Shown here: positions 1 through 12,059 of the stretch, one piece after another
Layout of the letters: every line of letters begins with the position of its first letter
Numbering within the stretch: position 1 is the stretch's first letter
NCBI GenBank assembly: GCA_011109175.1
Contig: RDEW01000023.1
Span: 862,468 to 926,467 of the forward strand
Direction: 5' to 3'
Length of the DNA: 64,000 bases
Source: Dicyema japonicum
Taxonomy: Eukaryota; Animalia; Dicyemida
Translations under genes and position numbers: made by a program
Notes under the pieces: model-generated
The model's database searches: none
Told to the model about the DNA's origin: nothing
The model's input: only the letters and a program-made list of their open reading frames with translations

Positions 1-294
1 CTTACATCATTAATAGAATTTTCAAACAATTAAGACCGGGGGTGACTTCTGAAAATGGTATTTGGCTAAACGCCATTCTAATGAGTTTTGGCTACATTTC
101 TTGATGATGACTACATCTAGGATTAAAGGTCTGTGTGCCCATGCCGATGAGGAGACCACTTTGGACGAGCCGGACAATCTTCTGTACTCAAGCGACTATG
201 CCTTTGCTGATGTGACCGAAACCCACTCGATGGGATGACCATCTTTCCCTTTGAAGGCGGGAAACTTCTTGTCTGGGACGCCACTTGCATCAGA
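1..294 (+). mobile_element. CRE-clade (RLE) non-LTR retrotransposon, decayed 3' part; continues after the hAT insertion at ~2886-3220
   Basis: Translates to DGMTIFPFEGGKLLVWDATC, the PD..D restriction-like endonuclease region also seen in copies at 497-1258 and ~40.5 kb; interrupted at the hAT target site. Confidence 0.75.
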
Positions 295-302
295 GTCTAG
301 AC

Positions 303-2877
303 CAAGGATTCTCAACGGCGGCCCCCCAGGATTTTGGTGCGGCCCGTTTAAAATTATAAAAAAAATATTACATATTTTACATAATGCAGCCGGATTTTAA
401 CTGTGCTTTTTTTCTGTTTGTTTCGTACAATAAACTTTTTATGGTTAAAAATTTTTTACATATTTTAACTATTGTTTTTAAATAAAAATATTTTTTTAAG
501 AAATAGAATTATAAATCATATTTAAAGCTGTTATCCATCCAAAGTGGACCCCGCCGACATTATCGACGTTGCGTTGCCTCTCACGATTGCAACAGAGATC
601 AACTGGAGTAGCCACCGGGTCTCACGTGCTTCGTGGCTTTTTAGTGTAGCTAAGCGTCCAAGTTTCTTTAGGAAGCGAAGCGATTTTCCACTTATTCCTC
701 CAGTTGTCTCGACCACTATCGGATAAAACGCGAATCGGTCGCGTAGCGCTTCGTATTTCTTCTCCTTTGCCCTCATCGTTTTTTCCGCGGAATACAGTGT
801 GTCTACCGCGCTCCCGACAATGTTGGACGGGCAAAGCGTGTCGAACAAGTAGCGTCCCAGACCAAAGGTTTTCCCTCTTCGAATGGGAAAATTGTGATTC
901 CGTCGGGACGTTTTCCGTCTCCTCTGTCCAGACCAACAGGTTCTAGTATGGCTGGGTATCCCGCAGACTCCAGGGCTCGCTTGACAATTCCGTTGATCGC
1001 CTTGTGTCTTGAGAATCGTCCTGCACTCCTTCGACAAGAGAGGGAATGGAGTCCATAACAATCGACGGTTGCGCCACATCGGCATTTGTGGGTCCGGCAA
1101 ATCTCCAGTCCAAGTCTGGTGGAGATGCCGATGCTGACAGTATCGTCGTCAAGGTGGGTCCCGACACTGCCAACTGGAGTGCATTGCCACTCGATTCGCA
1201 TCTTCCAGTGACTAGACAGGCACGTCTGTGTTGGTTTGATTGGTTCAGAAGCCTCTCATGTTTTTAAATTAAATATTTTTTGTATTAAATTTTAATTAAT
1301 ATTGCTTGTGATGTCTGGAAAACATGTTAAAAGAAGTAGAAAAATTAAGAAATTCGTGCCTTTAACCCCGAATGAGAGGAACAATTTTTCGTTTTTGAAG
1401 AAAATGGCAAAGCACATTGCCTGATTTGTCATTTTGTTATACGATGTCTTAAGTTATATAATGTCGAGAGGCATTATATGAAACATTCTTAAGAATATGA
1501 TTCATTTCAAGGTGAATCAAGAAAAATCAAATTTCTATCTATGAAATCAAATCGCAAACTACAAACCACTTTGTTTAAACAGCCCATGTCATCAAGATCC
1601 GCTACAATAGCTTCTTTCAAAATTTGTCATCTACTTGCAAAAAATATGAAGCCGTATTCAGATGGAGAATTTATTAAGCAGCTATCCTTATATTTACTGA
1701 AAAATGTTGTTCTTCAGAAATTAAACTAAATGTTATAAACTTACAGCTAAGCAACGATACAGTTACTCGGAGAATTGAGAGAATATCTGACGATATTCAA
1801 TGCCAGCTACTCACTGAATCCAACTTTTTCGTACACTAATCAATTGCTCTTGACACCACTAAAGATATTAGTGATACAGAACAAATGGCTGTGTTTATTC
1901 GAGGTGTCATGCCTGACTTTTAAAATTTATGAAGAATTTCTTAAATAAAACTAAATTAAATGAAGAATTTCTCACGCTACGTAACTTTCATGGTTCTACT
2001 AAAGGAGCTGATATATTCCGTGAATTTCGTGATTGCATTGAAAAGGAACATTTGGATCTTTAAAAAATGTTTTCAATTGCCACAGATGGATGTCTTTCTA
2101 TGGTTGGATGGAAAACTGGGTTTCAAAGTCTCGTAGCTGGATGGCGAGTAGATGATGAGTTGAGTCCTGTGATTTGGCATCACTGCATACTACATCAAGA
2201 AAATTTAGCTGTAAAATCTATGAAAATGGACCATGTAACAGATTGCAAGTAGAGTTACCATTCATTTTCCAATACTTTCAAACCACAGGGAAAATGAATA
2301 TGAAAAATATACCTCTGTTATTAGTGACTCAATCGATGAATTCGAAACACGGTTTAATGCTTTTAAAGAAGCTCTACCTATTATGAAAATATTTTCGTCA
2401 CCTATGGAAACAGATGCTGCAACCGCTCCATATGTATATCAGCTGGAGCTAATTGAAATGCAGGCAGATTTACAACTTACCGCGCTATTTAAGTCAAGTG
2501 AACTATTGGATTTTTGGAGTCGAATTCCACAATGGAAATATCCGAACTTGGTCAATAATGCTCAAAAAAATGCATCAGTCTTCGGATCAACGTATGCATG
2601 TGAAGCTCTTTTCAGTAAACTTACGCGAATAAAAAGTAAGTATCGAAATCGATTGACTGATGAACAACTAATTCAACTTTTACGTACATCGTCTTCGAAC
2701 TTTACTTCTTGTTTCGATAAAATAGTAGACGCCAAGCAAAATCAAGTCTCACATTGATTCTCTTATTACGTAATAAAGCCTTTTTTCTTTAATCAAATAA
2801 AATATTTTTTGTGCGGCCCGCAAAGATACTCTTAATTATCGATTTGGCCCTTGAGCTAAAAAGGTTGAGATCCCCTG
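303..2877 (+). mobile_element. hAT (Buster/Charlie-type, GTF2IRD2-like transposase) DNA transposon, transposase disrupted
   Basis: Imperfect TIRs CAAGGATTCTCAAC / GGTTGAGATCCCCTG; 8-bp TSD GTCTAGAC (295-302) / CTCTAGAC (2878-2885), the NTCTAGAN target typical of Buster/Charlie hATs. Transposase pieces: CLIC..RHY, SIATDG, HCILHQ, and C-terminal FGSTYACEALFSKL..KSKYRNRLTDE. Confidence 0.9.
497..1258 (-). mobile_element. 5'-truncated CRE-clade retrotransposon nested inside the hAT
   Basis: ORFs 803-1201 and 531-1100 give CRCG..HSLSC (zinc knuckle), KRPDG..VWDAT (RLE) and ISVAIVRGNA. Flanked by a long imperfect direct repeat TGTTTTTAAAT(A/T)AAA..TATTTTTT at ~473-496 and ~1259-1281, the probable TSD. 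Confidence 0.88.
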
Positions 2878-3284
2878 CTCTAGACCCTGCCCTGCCGTTG
2901 TAAAAGCGAAACGGGCAAAGTAAGCGGTCCTACCTGATTATTTTTTGTCTGCTCCGCTCGCGGTTAAAACGTCGGATTCCTTTGCGTTTGCGCCCTGAAA
3001 TTCCTGAATCATATTTGTAGATAAACAGGTAATCTCCGTGAGCGCTGCTGGTTATTTGAGTTATTTCGCTCGCCATCCTGAGATCATAAATGTTAGCTTC
3101 CCGCCGGACGGGTTTTCCATTGTCCAAACCCGCCTTCAAGCCTTGCTCCTTAATGCGAAGATAGTAATGTCTTCTGGTACAGTCCTGCTTGAATGCCCTC
3201 GGGATGCAAAAGTTTATTAGGAGAATGGTCGACTCGTTCCGGCTCATGACGGAAAGGCTTAAACTCTTTAAGCACACACTGCCT

Positions 3285-4210
3285 TTTATTATTATTAACC
3301 CAAGAAGACCAATAGTTAATTTAATTACTAAATTAATTAAGTGATCTCGAAGGCCTCAATCAGAATTCTCATTTTCTCCTCGTGCCCCTACTGGGATCCA
3401 ACACAACTTCTCTGTGGGCGGGGTGATTTCGGGAATAGGAATTGGAGAAGGGTGATGTATACCCTTCTCATAAGACACGTCGTGGCTGTGTATTGTTTAT
3501 AGTTGCACTGCTTGCACAGGGTAGCAAATCCCTTTCCATTTTGTCGAATAAGGTCTTCAAGTGATGAAGGTATTAGTTTTTCTAGTTTCCCGAGATTACT
3601 AATAGTAGCGGCTGTTGAGGCCTGAATGTCCCGGATTCTTTGTTGTTCGTCCAGGACGGATTGATTTCCCATGACGTACAAGCATAGCTGACAGATGGCT
3701 CAATAAATTGTTTGTACAACAATTTCAAACCTGAGAAAGGGGTTTTAATGCCACTGAAAATAGTTTTGATTATCCCTAGCTTTCTTGAGCAGCTTCCAAA
3801 TACAGCGTCGACGTGAGATTAAAAGGACATGTGTGTGTCGAAGGTGATCCCCAAGATTTTCAGTTTCTTCGAGAAAAAATATTTTTGTCTGGTTGATAAA
3901 TAAGCCACTGTCATTTGTCCAAGTCATTAGTCTGAGGTAAAATAAAAATTAACATTTTTGTTCCCAAGATAATATTCTCATTACTGAGTTCCCTTTGTTT
4001 TCACGAGTCTGAATCTCTCAAATCTCTGGGGGATCATATCAGATAGACGACTGAGGAAATATTCAATATCAGTTTTTGACAGCACTGGCTAGTCCCACGG
4101 AAAGCTCCCGATAAGGTTTGAGGGAATTGGTTTGTGGTCTTCTGCTGATTTAACCATTCCATGATACCAGTTGTCCCTCGCAAGCTACTGTGCAATGGCC
4201 AACTCAATTT
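3285..4210 (-). mobile_element. APE-type LINE 3' fragment (family 'X')
   Basis: Decayed RT C-terminus ending ..HEEKMRILIEAFEIT*, followed by a GGTCTTCTTGGGTTAA(TAA)n tail; clearly homologous to 21720-22145. Confidence 0.7.
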
Positions 4211-4214
4211 TATG

Positions 4215-4740
4215 TTTCTGTTAAGGATTGAGTCTGGACCCTGTGTTTGACGCGGTTGTGTTACGAAGAACTTTACCTTTCAAAAGGACTGAGATGAAAT
4301 CCTTTGTAAAAAAGAAAAAACTAAATGAACTTGGAAGGTCCGCTGATACCCATCGTCGTACATATCTGAATGCAGCGTCTGCTGAGAATTCGGGGTCCTG
4401 GTTCAATGCCTTCCCGGTACGGGCAGTTGGTTATCTGCTTTACGGGAATACAATCCGTTTTGTAGTTGTTCTTCGGCTAGGCCTTGAATTCTGATTGGAA
4501 CACCAATGCCGATGTGATGGGATGGTCGACAGGAAAGGACTACACCGGTTGTCATGCATACGACAGGATTCCCTTGTTACACCATGTTAAACGGGACTGT
4601 CATGAGAACTATCGAAGACGCCGGGTTTACTTTCCTTTTAGAACTCCTCGGTCTTGACAAAGGTGATGACAAAAGACCGGATGGCGTAGCACCCATTCCA
4701 CGGAGCCTAGAGAGTTGTCTTGCTTTGGATTCAAGGTGAA
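4215..4740 (+). mobile_element. CRE-clade retrotransposon fragment
   Basis: SAENSGSWFNAFP..G.LL....R..V.LRLGL and GLDKGDDKRPDG motifs, with frameshifts. Confidence 0.75.
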
Positions 4741-5224
4741 AAGAAACTTTCACTAATGGGAATTTGATTAAACCGAATGTATTAAAAGGAGGAATTACAA
4801 CGACATTGTGGACCGGTTCGTTTTCCTGCTGATCTCCGTTAAGACGTCTGGCATTAATTTTATCAGGTTGAAACGGAAGGGGCGAATGACGGAATAGTTT
4901 TTCCAAAATGTTGGGCTGCGATTATGAGAGGTAACTCCCATTGCGTGCTAATCCCTGCAGGCCATAATCGAGACCTGTCATAACAACATTACTTTATGTT
5001 AATAAAATAAAATTGCTAAAAAAAGTAAAATTGACATTGATGTGCTTAACGTTAACTTTTAGGGAGGTCAATTAACATCAACAAGATCCCGCCCGTGAGG
5101 TGATGAGCCCTGGCAAGACAAAGTTGTTTAAAAAAATCTTCCTACCTTCTCTCTGACCAACTCCACTACCATTATAAAAACTCTTCTACCTAAGAATGAA
5201 TTGGTACGTGATGAAAATAGAAAA

Positions 5225-5713
5225 GAGTGCGTTTCAGAGATATCGAGGGATTCCGGGCTACAACACCATTGTTAAAAATACTGTAACGGAGATAGACGGT
5301 GAAGACAACCTGGAATGTGTGGATAATATTGCGTAATTAACAGAGCCAAACGGTAAAGACAGCCCCGAAACATATAGTAAGGTTTTTTGTCTATAATTAT
5401 ACAAAAGGTGATTGCAAATTTGATTTTCCTCGGGTAGACTTGAATTCCCCTTATAAAAGTATGAATAAAAAGATGGGAGTGCATCGATCGAAGTATGAAT
5501 TTAACATTGGAGATAGTGTATTCAATTTATAATTACTTAAAGGTTCGTATTCAGAAGGACTATGGAACTAATCCTTCACTACGTCTGCAAAGGTTCAATC
5601 ATCCCTACGGAGATGCTGTCACTATTGTTGCAAAATTGTCTAACAAATTTGTCAATGTTAAAGATAGTGAGGGAATTGTGAAGAAGGTGCATTCAAAACG
5701 CCTTAAAAAATAA
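5225..5713 (+). pseudogene. C-terminal half of a Ginger-like (gypsy-type) integrase, copy A
   Basis: AFQRYRGIPGYNT ... KYEFNIGDS^VRIQKDYGTNPSLRL...VHSKRLKK* after removing a 25-nt GT-AG intron (5518-5542); paralogous to the C-terminus of copy B. Confidence 0.7.
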
Positions 5714-5714
5714 T

Positions 5715-7460
5715 TATCAATTATGAGGAATATGAAATAATCAAACGCATCATTAAAGACCAAGTATTTCCAAGTACCAACAGGTATAATAAATTTCGTC
5801 TTCTACAAAAAGCAAGAAATTTATGATGATCAACGACAAATGTATCTGAAAGATCAGAATGGAAATCACAAGCTTGTCATTTGTATGGACAATGACAATG
5901 AGATGGATGTTTTGACCTCAGCACTCCATAACCAGGTTCATCTTGGAATGAATAAAATAAAGGATCTCCGCAATAAACACTATTTCCACATTAAAAGAAG
6001 TGTTATCCGTAGAGTAATTAATTCTTGTGAAATCTGTAAGTTTTCTACTCCTATAAAAGTTTGTTTTTTGGTAATATTTTAATAGACAAAGAACATCATA
6101 TCATTGCGTTAAAACCAAATGAAAGGATTCAAATAGATCTTGATGATCTGAAAAGATTTTATTCTGTCAACGGTGAATACAAATGAATGCTCACTGTAAT
6201 TGATGTATATTCAAAGTTGCCATAACAAGAAAATTAAAAAACGAATCTGATTTTGAAGTAAGATGCTTAAAATCATATATTTAATTTAGGTTTCAATGGA
6301 ATTAAAAAGCATATTCTATGAATAAGCCGGGTGGCATAGTGGCTAGGTGTCGGGCTTAAGTGGCTTAGGTTACGGGTCCGATTCTCGCTGCTGTTCACCT
6401 GGTGAAAGGTTCCACGCATCTACGATGCAAAAAGGGATTGACGAGTGACGCCGTCATCAGTGGATACTCACTGCGGAACTGGATTGTCTAGAAAGGACCC
6501 ACACAAAAAAAAGTGAAGATCATACCTTGGTTCTACGATTAGTTAAAAATTAACTGTTCTTTACTTAAATAAAGAGTTTGTCCTGCCTATGCGGAGCTAT
6601 AAATACTATGGCTCTCGTGAAAAGGCTTTATTATTTTTATTCTATGAATATGGGCCTTGAATGATTTTACAATCAGACAATGGTACAGAATTTAAAAAAT
6701 CTGATATTCGGGCACTTACTAATGAATTTAATATTAAACAAGTTCACGGAAGACCAAACCATCCTCGATCTCAAGGTATTCAGTTGTTTGTATATATTTT
6801 AAGGTATCATAGAACGATTCAATCAAACCATCACACGGATTCTGTCGAAAATGATGGCAAAAAACGCTGAAAAATTTTGGATTCAAATGTTACCAAGTGC
6901 CACTTATATGCATTACATAACTGTTCATTCGTCGAGCGGACGAACACCTTTTGAGATGTATAGAGGCATTCCTGGTTTAATACTGTTACAGTAAATGATG
7001 GTTGACTTAATTTTTAAAATTTTGACATAGATTTGGAAAATGATATTTGCGACGAGACAGTAAATACTGATGTCGTTCTGTATGATGGGTCGATAGAAGA
7101 AACAAATAATGAATATACAACTCTGCATGTGAAATGGGTTACAAAAAATGATTTTAAAATTAGAAAACTTTAAACTTAAGTTCATAAAACCAAATTTGAA
7201 TTCACTTTATTTTAAGAGGATGAACAAAAAGATCATGGTAAATACACGTTTTCTATAGGGGATCAAGTTTTTATTAAATAATTAAATGTAGGTTAGAGTT
7301 TTAAAAGATTATGGAACTAATCCTTCTCTAAGGTTGAATAAATTTGAGAGTCCATACAGTGAGCATGTAGAAGTCTTAAGTTTATTATCAAACAATCGTG
7401 TAGAGGTTAGAATGTAAAAAAATATTTTTAGGTTGTTTATCAACTGGTGAAAAAAAATAT
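5715..7460 (+). mobile_element. Ginger-like DD35E integrase gene (copy B) with 4 tiny introns, disrupted by a SINE and by stops/frameshifts
   Basis: HHCC zinc domain (H-NQV-H...CEIC), IQIDL, VIDVYSK, ILQSDNGTEF, HPRSQG^IIERFNQT. Introns at 6059-6085, 6258-6289, 6776-6803 and 7267-7291. No RT/RNase H nearby; TIRs not confidently found. Confidence 0.8.
6325..6637 (+). mobile_element. tRNA-derived SINE, copy 1
   Basis: A-box TGGCATAGTGG, B-box-like GGTCCGATTC, (TTA)n tail, perfect 13-bp TSD TATTCTATGAATA (6312-6324 / 6638-6650). Removing the SINE and one TSD restores the integrase frame (IFYEYGP). Confidence 0.93.
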
Positions 7461-7499
7461 TCCAAGGTCAAGAAAATATAATTAATTTTGATGTAATAA

Positions 7500-7870
7500 T
7501 TTTTTTTACAAAATAATTTTTTTTAACAATTAAACAAATGTCAGTTGAGGAAGCCTGCTGCGTGGATTTTGAACGAGTTCCCTCGGAGTATGACTATACC
7601 AATCTTTTGTCTTAGCCATAACCCTTCTCGTTGATCCATTTTCTTTCTGGCAAGCAATCCTCCGAGTTCTCGCAAGAACTCAGCCGTCATTGGACCAACG
7701 GCTCCCGATGATTCGGTCGCAACAGGAGTAGGTAGCGATCCCCGAGGCAAGAATATTTCTTGATTTTTAGGTTCTCCGCAGTCGAAGCAGCTGCTCCAGG
7801 TGTCTGAACCGATTTGAAAATATTCGTGCTTGAGAACGTGTCTACACAAGTTGCGTCCCATGTAATAAAT
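7500..7870 (-). mobile_element. CRE-clade 3' fragment
   Basis: ORF 7541-7861: PVATESSGAVGP..FLRELG..WLRQKIGIVILRGNS, followed by an A-rich tail. Confidence 0.8.
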
Positions 7871-8329
7871 TTTCTCTAGATTATCCTATTTCAGTAATTA
7901 ATCATGATATTGTTTGACAATATTATGACACATGACATTGATTGACACATGATTTGTTGCGCGTTGTGCATGGTTGCTCACAGTGCGCGCGACTTTTGCA
8001 CGCATTCATTCCCGGGACCAAATCCAATGTTTGACTTCCCTCTCCAGTTTATTATTTTCTCCAAAACTAATCTTGGATAGAAACTACCAAGGGTAAAACA
8101 AAACTAAACCAACTCAGTGATCCTGACGCGTTCCAGCGATTCCAGAATTTGTCTCCAGCAAACCATAGATTTTACGTTATTAAGCTATACTCACTTTTTC
8201 TCGATGTTTTTTTCATCATAGACAAAATGGACTGCTAGCTGTGTTTTATTGACAGCGCTGAAGATTTTTGTTTATTACTCACAGTGACTACTCAATTTCT
8301 AGCTGTGAAAGTTTTTTTTCAAAGTTAAG

Positions 8330-8790
8330 ATACAAACATATTTGAGGTCTTCCACGTCAAATCAGCGCCAGTCAAGTTTAACTTTGATCAGGATGAAAAC
8401 AAATTCCTGACAAGCGAGGTGTATCTCCAGGATGTCTCAGTCACTCGACTCGAAAACGCAATTTTTCAAGTCTCTCCTCTATATGGCAGTAATGTGTCAA
8501 CTTTCCGTTCAAATATTCATATCCAACTTAGAAACCTTGGACTCCCACACGTCTTTATTCTTCCTTAGGAACTTTTTTCTTGCACCTTTTATTCTACGGA
8601 TAGCCTCATGTTTCACGGACATAAACTCCTTAAGAGCCATCGTCGAGAAACTGAGGACTGCTGTTAAAGAAACACTAAAACTGGCTGGATCCAATGCAAA
8701 CTGATGATTCGCTACGAAGGAATCGGAATACGCTCACCACTAGAACTCGTTTTCCCTGCCTTTCTATCTTCGACTAGTTTTTAACTTAGT
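8330..8790 (+). mobile_element. CRE-clade RT-region fragment
   Basis: HTSLFFLRNFFLAP..LR and GIGIRSPLELVFPAFLSS, typical of the CRE post-RT region. Confidence 0.55.
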
Positions 8791-9015
8791 TTTTGGATTA
8801 AAAAAATTCAAAATCACTTGGGACATAAGATCATCATTGTCATGCACTTGCCCCTGGCAACAGAAAGCTTTGACACGCCCCTGAATGGGCAGCCTTAAAT
8901 TCTATGAAAAGCCAAATTTTTACAAAAATGATCAAAAAATTCAAAATCATTAATGAGAAAAGAAATAATAGATACTACATAAGGGAAAGGACGATTCGAG
9001 CACTAAACTCATCAA

Positions 9016-11740
9016 TTAGTGATACCGTTCAGCCGCATAAACTCCTTTGTGTCTAAAATACCTTATGCACTGTTTGTTAAGTCCCCTACTCTCAAAAAAC
9101 GGCAGAAACCAGTCTCTGTCAGCATCTAACCTCAAATTACAAACCAACATCGTTTTGATATCAATATCCCAATAATCTCCAACGAAGTAAGCTGCACACC
9201 CAAATGACAGTCGTTCTAAAGTAAAAACCCCCAAAACCAAAAACGGAACCAGAAGCGACATGAACGAAGAAATCTCGGAATTCTTTAGCAAATCCCTATT
9301 CTGGGGGAATGAGATCACACTCTTAACCAACCCAAGAATCTGAAATCAGCAAAACCCCACCATCGAATAGTAATCCTGATAACTTGAAATATTTAAGGCA
9401 CTCGAGCAGAACTTGAGAACTTTTGAGCAAAGCAAATCTTCGTCAATAACCTTTTATGGTAAAAACTAAATGAGACCGTATTAGCAGCATATTCCAACTT
9501 TTCAACCTGCTTTGGAGCGCAGCATAGATTTGTAAGTATCGAAATATGCTGAGGCAAATGCAAAATCGGGTAATTCGTAAAATGCTCAAAGAAGCTGTTA
9601 AAATATCTACCCAACAATTTGTAAACAGCATTTCGATAGTTGGCCGCCAAAACCTAACAAAATAAAAATATTAAAAAAATAAATATTAAAAAACAAAAAT
9701 TACTAAAACAGCTTAATATATTAAAAAGTTGCAAAAATTCAATTAACAACGTAAAAATCAGTAGACAAACTAAAAAAGGCATATTCAGCATAAAATCAAT
9801 TAATAAATACAACGTAACAGACAAGTATAAAAACAAAAAATCATAAAATTACAAAAGTAGACCAGTTTAAGTATAAAAAGCCGAAAACCAAAAGCTTTAG
9901 AAAAATTAAACGCAAAATTAAATAAAATACAATAAAAAGCAGATTCAAATCACAGACGAGATCACCGAAATGGTTATAAAGGTGATCAGTGTCAATGCCA
10001 ATCAAAAAATGTTCCAAGTCCTGAAAGAGACATGATATATTCAAAACACTATCCTGTGGTTGGTAAGGGAGATGTAGTTCAATCAAATTGGTTAAAAAAG
10101 TGATAACCAACCGATTCAATTTATAATCATTAAATTTAAATATCTATAATTAATTGGCGGGCAAACAAATCGATATTTGGTGAAGTCAAAAAAGTCGGTT
10201 ATATACGGCCTCAAGGATTCACTCCATTCTCTCAAAGTCACAATCAGCAGAGAGAAAAATGGCTTACTCAGTGCTTCAAAAACCGATAACTCGTGTTGAG
10301 TCAGCTTCTCCTGTCCGTAGAAGGCTTGATTATATAACACATTCAAGGCTGAACAGGCCTGCTAAGATGAATCAAGTACCTGCAAGTTGGACGTGTTTTG
10401 CCGACATTCAGAACAGAATGCCATAAATTGTAGAATATGACCCAAGTACATCACAGTCGTTGGTTGGTAGCTGATCCTGAACCAGTGACCTCGGTATTTC
10501 TTAGCTTCCGGCATCTTTAAGTTGTTCACACATGCCAGATTCTGAGTCAGGAACTCAGAGAGTCTGTTGTAGTTCTGGTCAACGTACGGAGCAAACTGGC
10601 GACACTTCTCGGACAGACTCATCCAGTAGAGAAGACTCTTGATCACGTAGCAGCCAACCACAATCTTCCCGGCTTCCTCCTTCTCGACACATGTGCACAG
10701 GATGTTAAGGGTCTGATAATAAGCACGGCAAACCTGAGATTCCAATCGCTTTGAAATTTCCGGGAATCCCGCAGTGATGATGTTCACCACACTAACTTTA
10801 GCATAACTCGAACCAGCAGGCTGAGATAGCCAGAGCTGACTGGTTAGTCGACCCCCAGTCCATTTTTCTAAGGAAGGTCTCATCAATCGAGGATGGACTC
10901 AGAGCTTCATTCAGAGAGTAGCAGAAATCGGGGTCTTCAAAGCACAACATGCTTAGCAGACTTGTCGCCGTCATCTCAGCCTACAATAAGTGGGGTTCTA
11001 CCAGCTTGGGGCCACGCAGCATCCTCACTAAGACGTCAATTAAGGAATTTTCTCTTATCAGATTCTTAAACTCATCAATTTCCTGAAGTCACCATCTCAA
11101 TTACCTCTTCCACCACACAGTCAGCCAGAATCATCACACACGTGGCCTGGGTGATCGAACCGCTTGAATGAATGAGATCCACTAGGCTCGTAAAGCGATT
11201 TCTGTCCTACGAGCAATAAAATAGTTAATTAAGCCAGTTTACCTTAAAAATCATCCCGACTGCCTCAGGGCAGGGGACCATGATCATTCGAAAGAGGATG
11301 AGCAGTTCGTGGAGGTCATCAACTTGTGTGAGTTTGTCGAAGTCTATAATTAAAACTCAGAGGAGTACCGCTTGTAAAAATAGAGCAGAACTCGTGTAGT
11401 TGCTGAATGAACGTGTCGGTCAAAGGGACCACGTTTCGCATGTGGAGAATCAGGTTGGTCGCTTGCATGAACAATTCAGTTTGGTCAGAAGTGAGGATTT
11501 TTAGAGCGCTAAAATAAGCAACGGTTTACATCTGAAAACCTCCATTTTCGTAAATTCTTATGACTACTTCGTCGTTCGTATAGCACAAGAAATTAAGATC
11601 ACTTGGTAAATAAGAATAAGTACATGAGGGCATCCTCAGTCGGAGGAATATCTGAATTGAAGAATTCCTCGACGATTTTATAAGGCAAAGTCGATTGAAT
11701 CTACAATCTAATTGTTAGGCAATACCAATTCCACATCCAT
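9016..11740 (-). CDS. Multi-exon host gene, unidentified (largely helical, ARM/HEAT-like composition)
   Basis: The first exons splice cleanly over GT-AG introns of 25 nt (11701-11725), 22 nt (11602-11623) and 21 nt (11509-11529): MDVEL^IQSTLPYKIVEEFFNSDIPPTEDALI^DLNFLCYTNDEVV..GGFQI^ALKIL. Successive minus-strand ORFs (10362-10886, 10116-10346, 9393-9650, 9016-9330) continue it; the 3' exon structure was not fully resolved. Confidence 0.7.
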
Positions 11741-11859
11741 AAGCTGTAATATTAATATTAAATAATTATTTATTACAATTAGATTGAATTAATATTTATT
11801 AAAATTATTATTATTATTTTTCCTTTTTTACATTCTGTGCTTTTTTGGTTGAGTTAGTG

Positions 11860-12050
11860 AGGGGACTCAATTGCACCGATCACGAGAATGTGGCCCTGAA
11901 AATTCAATCAGCCATCCTGTAAGTTCATGCACAAACACGAGGGAAGAACATCGGGCAAAGATGAGGTCGCTGTTAGAATGCATCGGGATCACTTGATAAT
12001 TAGTTTGGTTATACCGTGGTCTTGAGTTGTTAAATAAAAAAATAAATATG
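11860..12050 (+). mobile_element. Short LINE 3' end
   Basis: ..EEHRAKMRSLLECIGIT* then TAATTAG..GTGGTCTTGAGTTGTTAAATAAAA tail. Confidence 0.7.
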
Positions 12051-12059
12051 AGGCTATCA

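Noticed and set aside
6440-6480. Hammerhead-like CTGATGA in the SINE antisense strand
   Set aside because: No GAAA follows stem II in any copy.
9654-9950. Hydrophobic Phe/Leu/Ile-rich ORFs
   Set aside because: T-rich low-complexity sequence, probably a longer intron of the surrounding gene.
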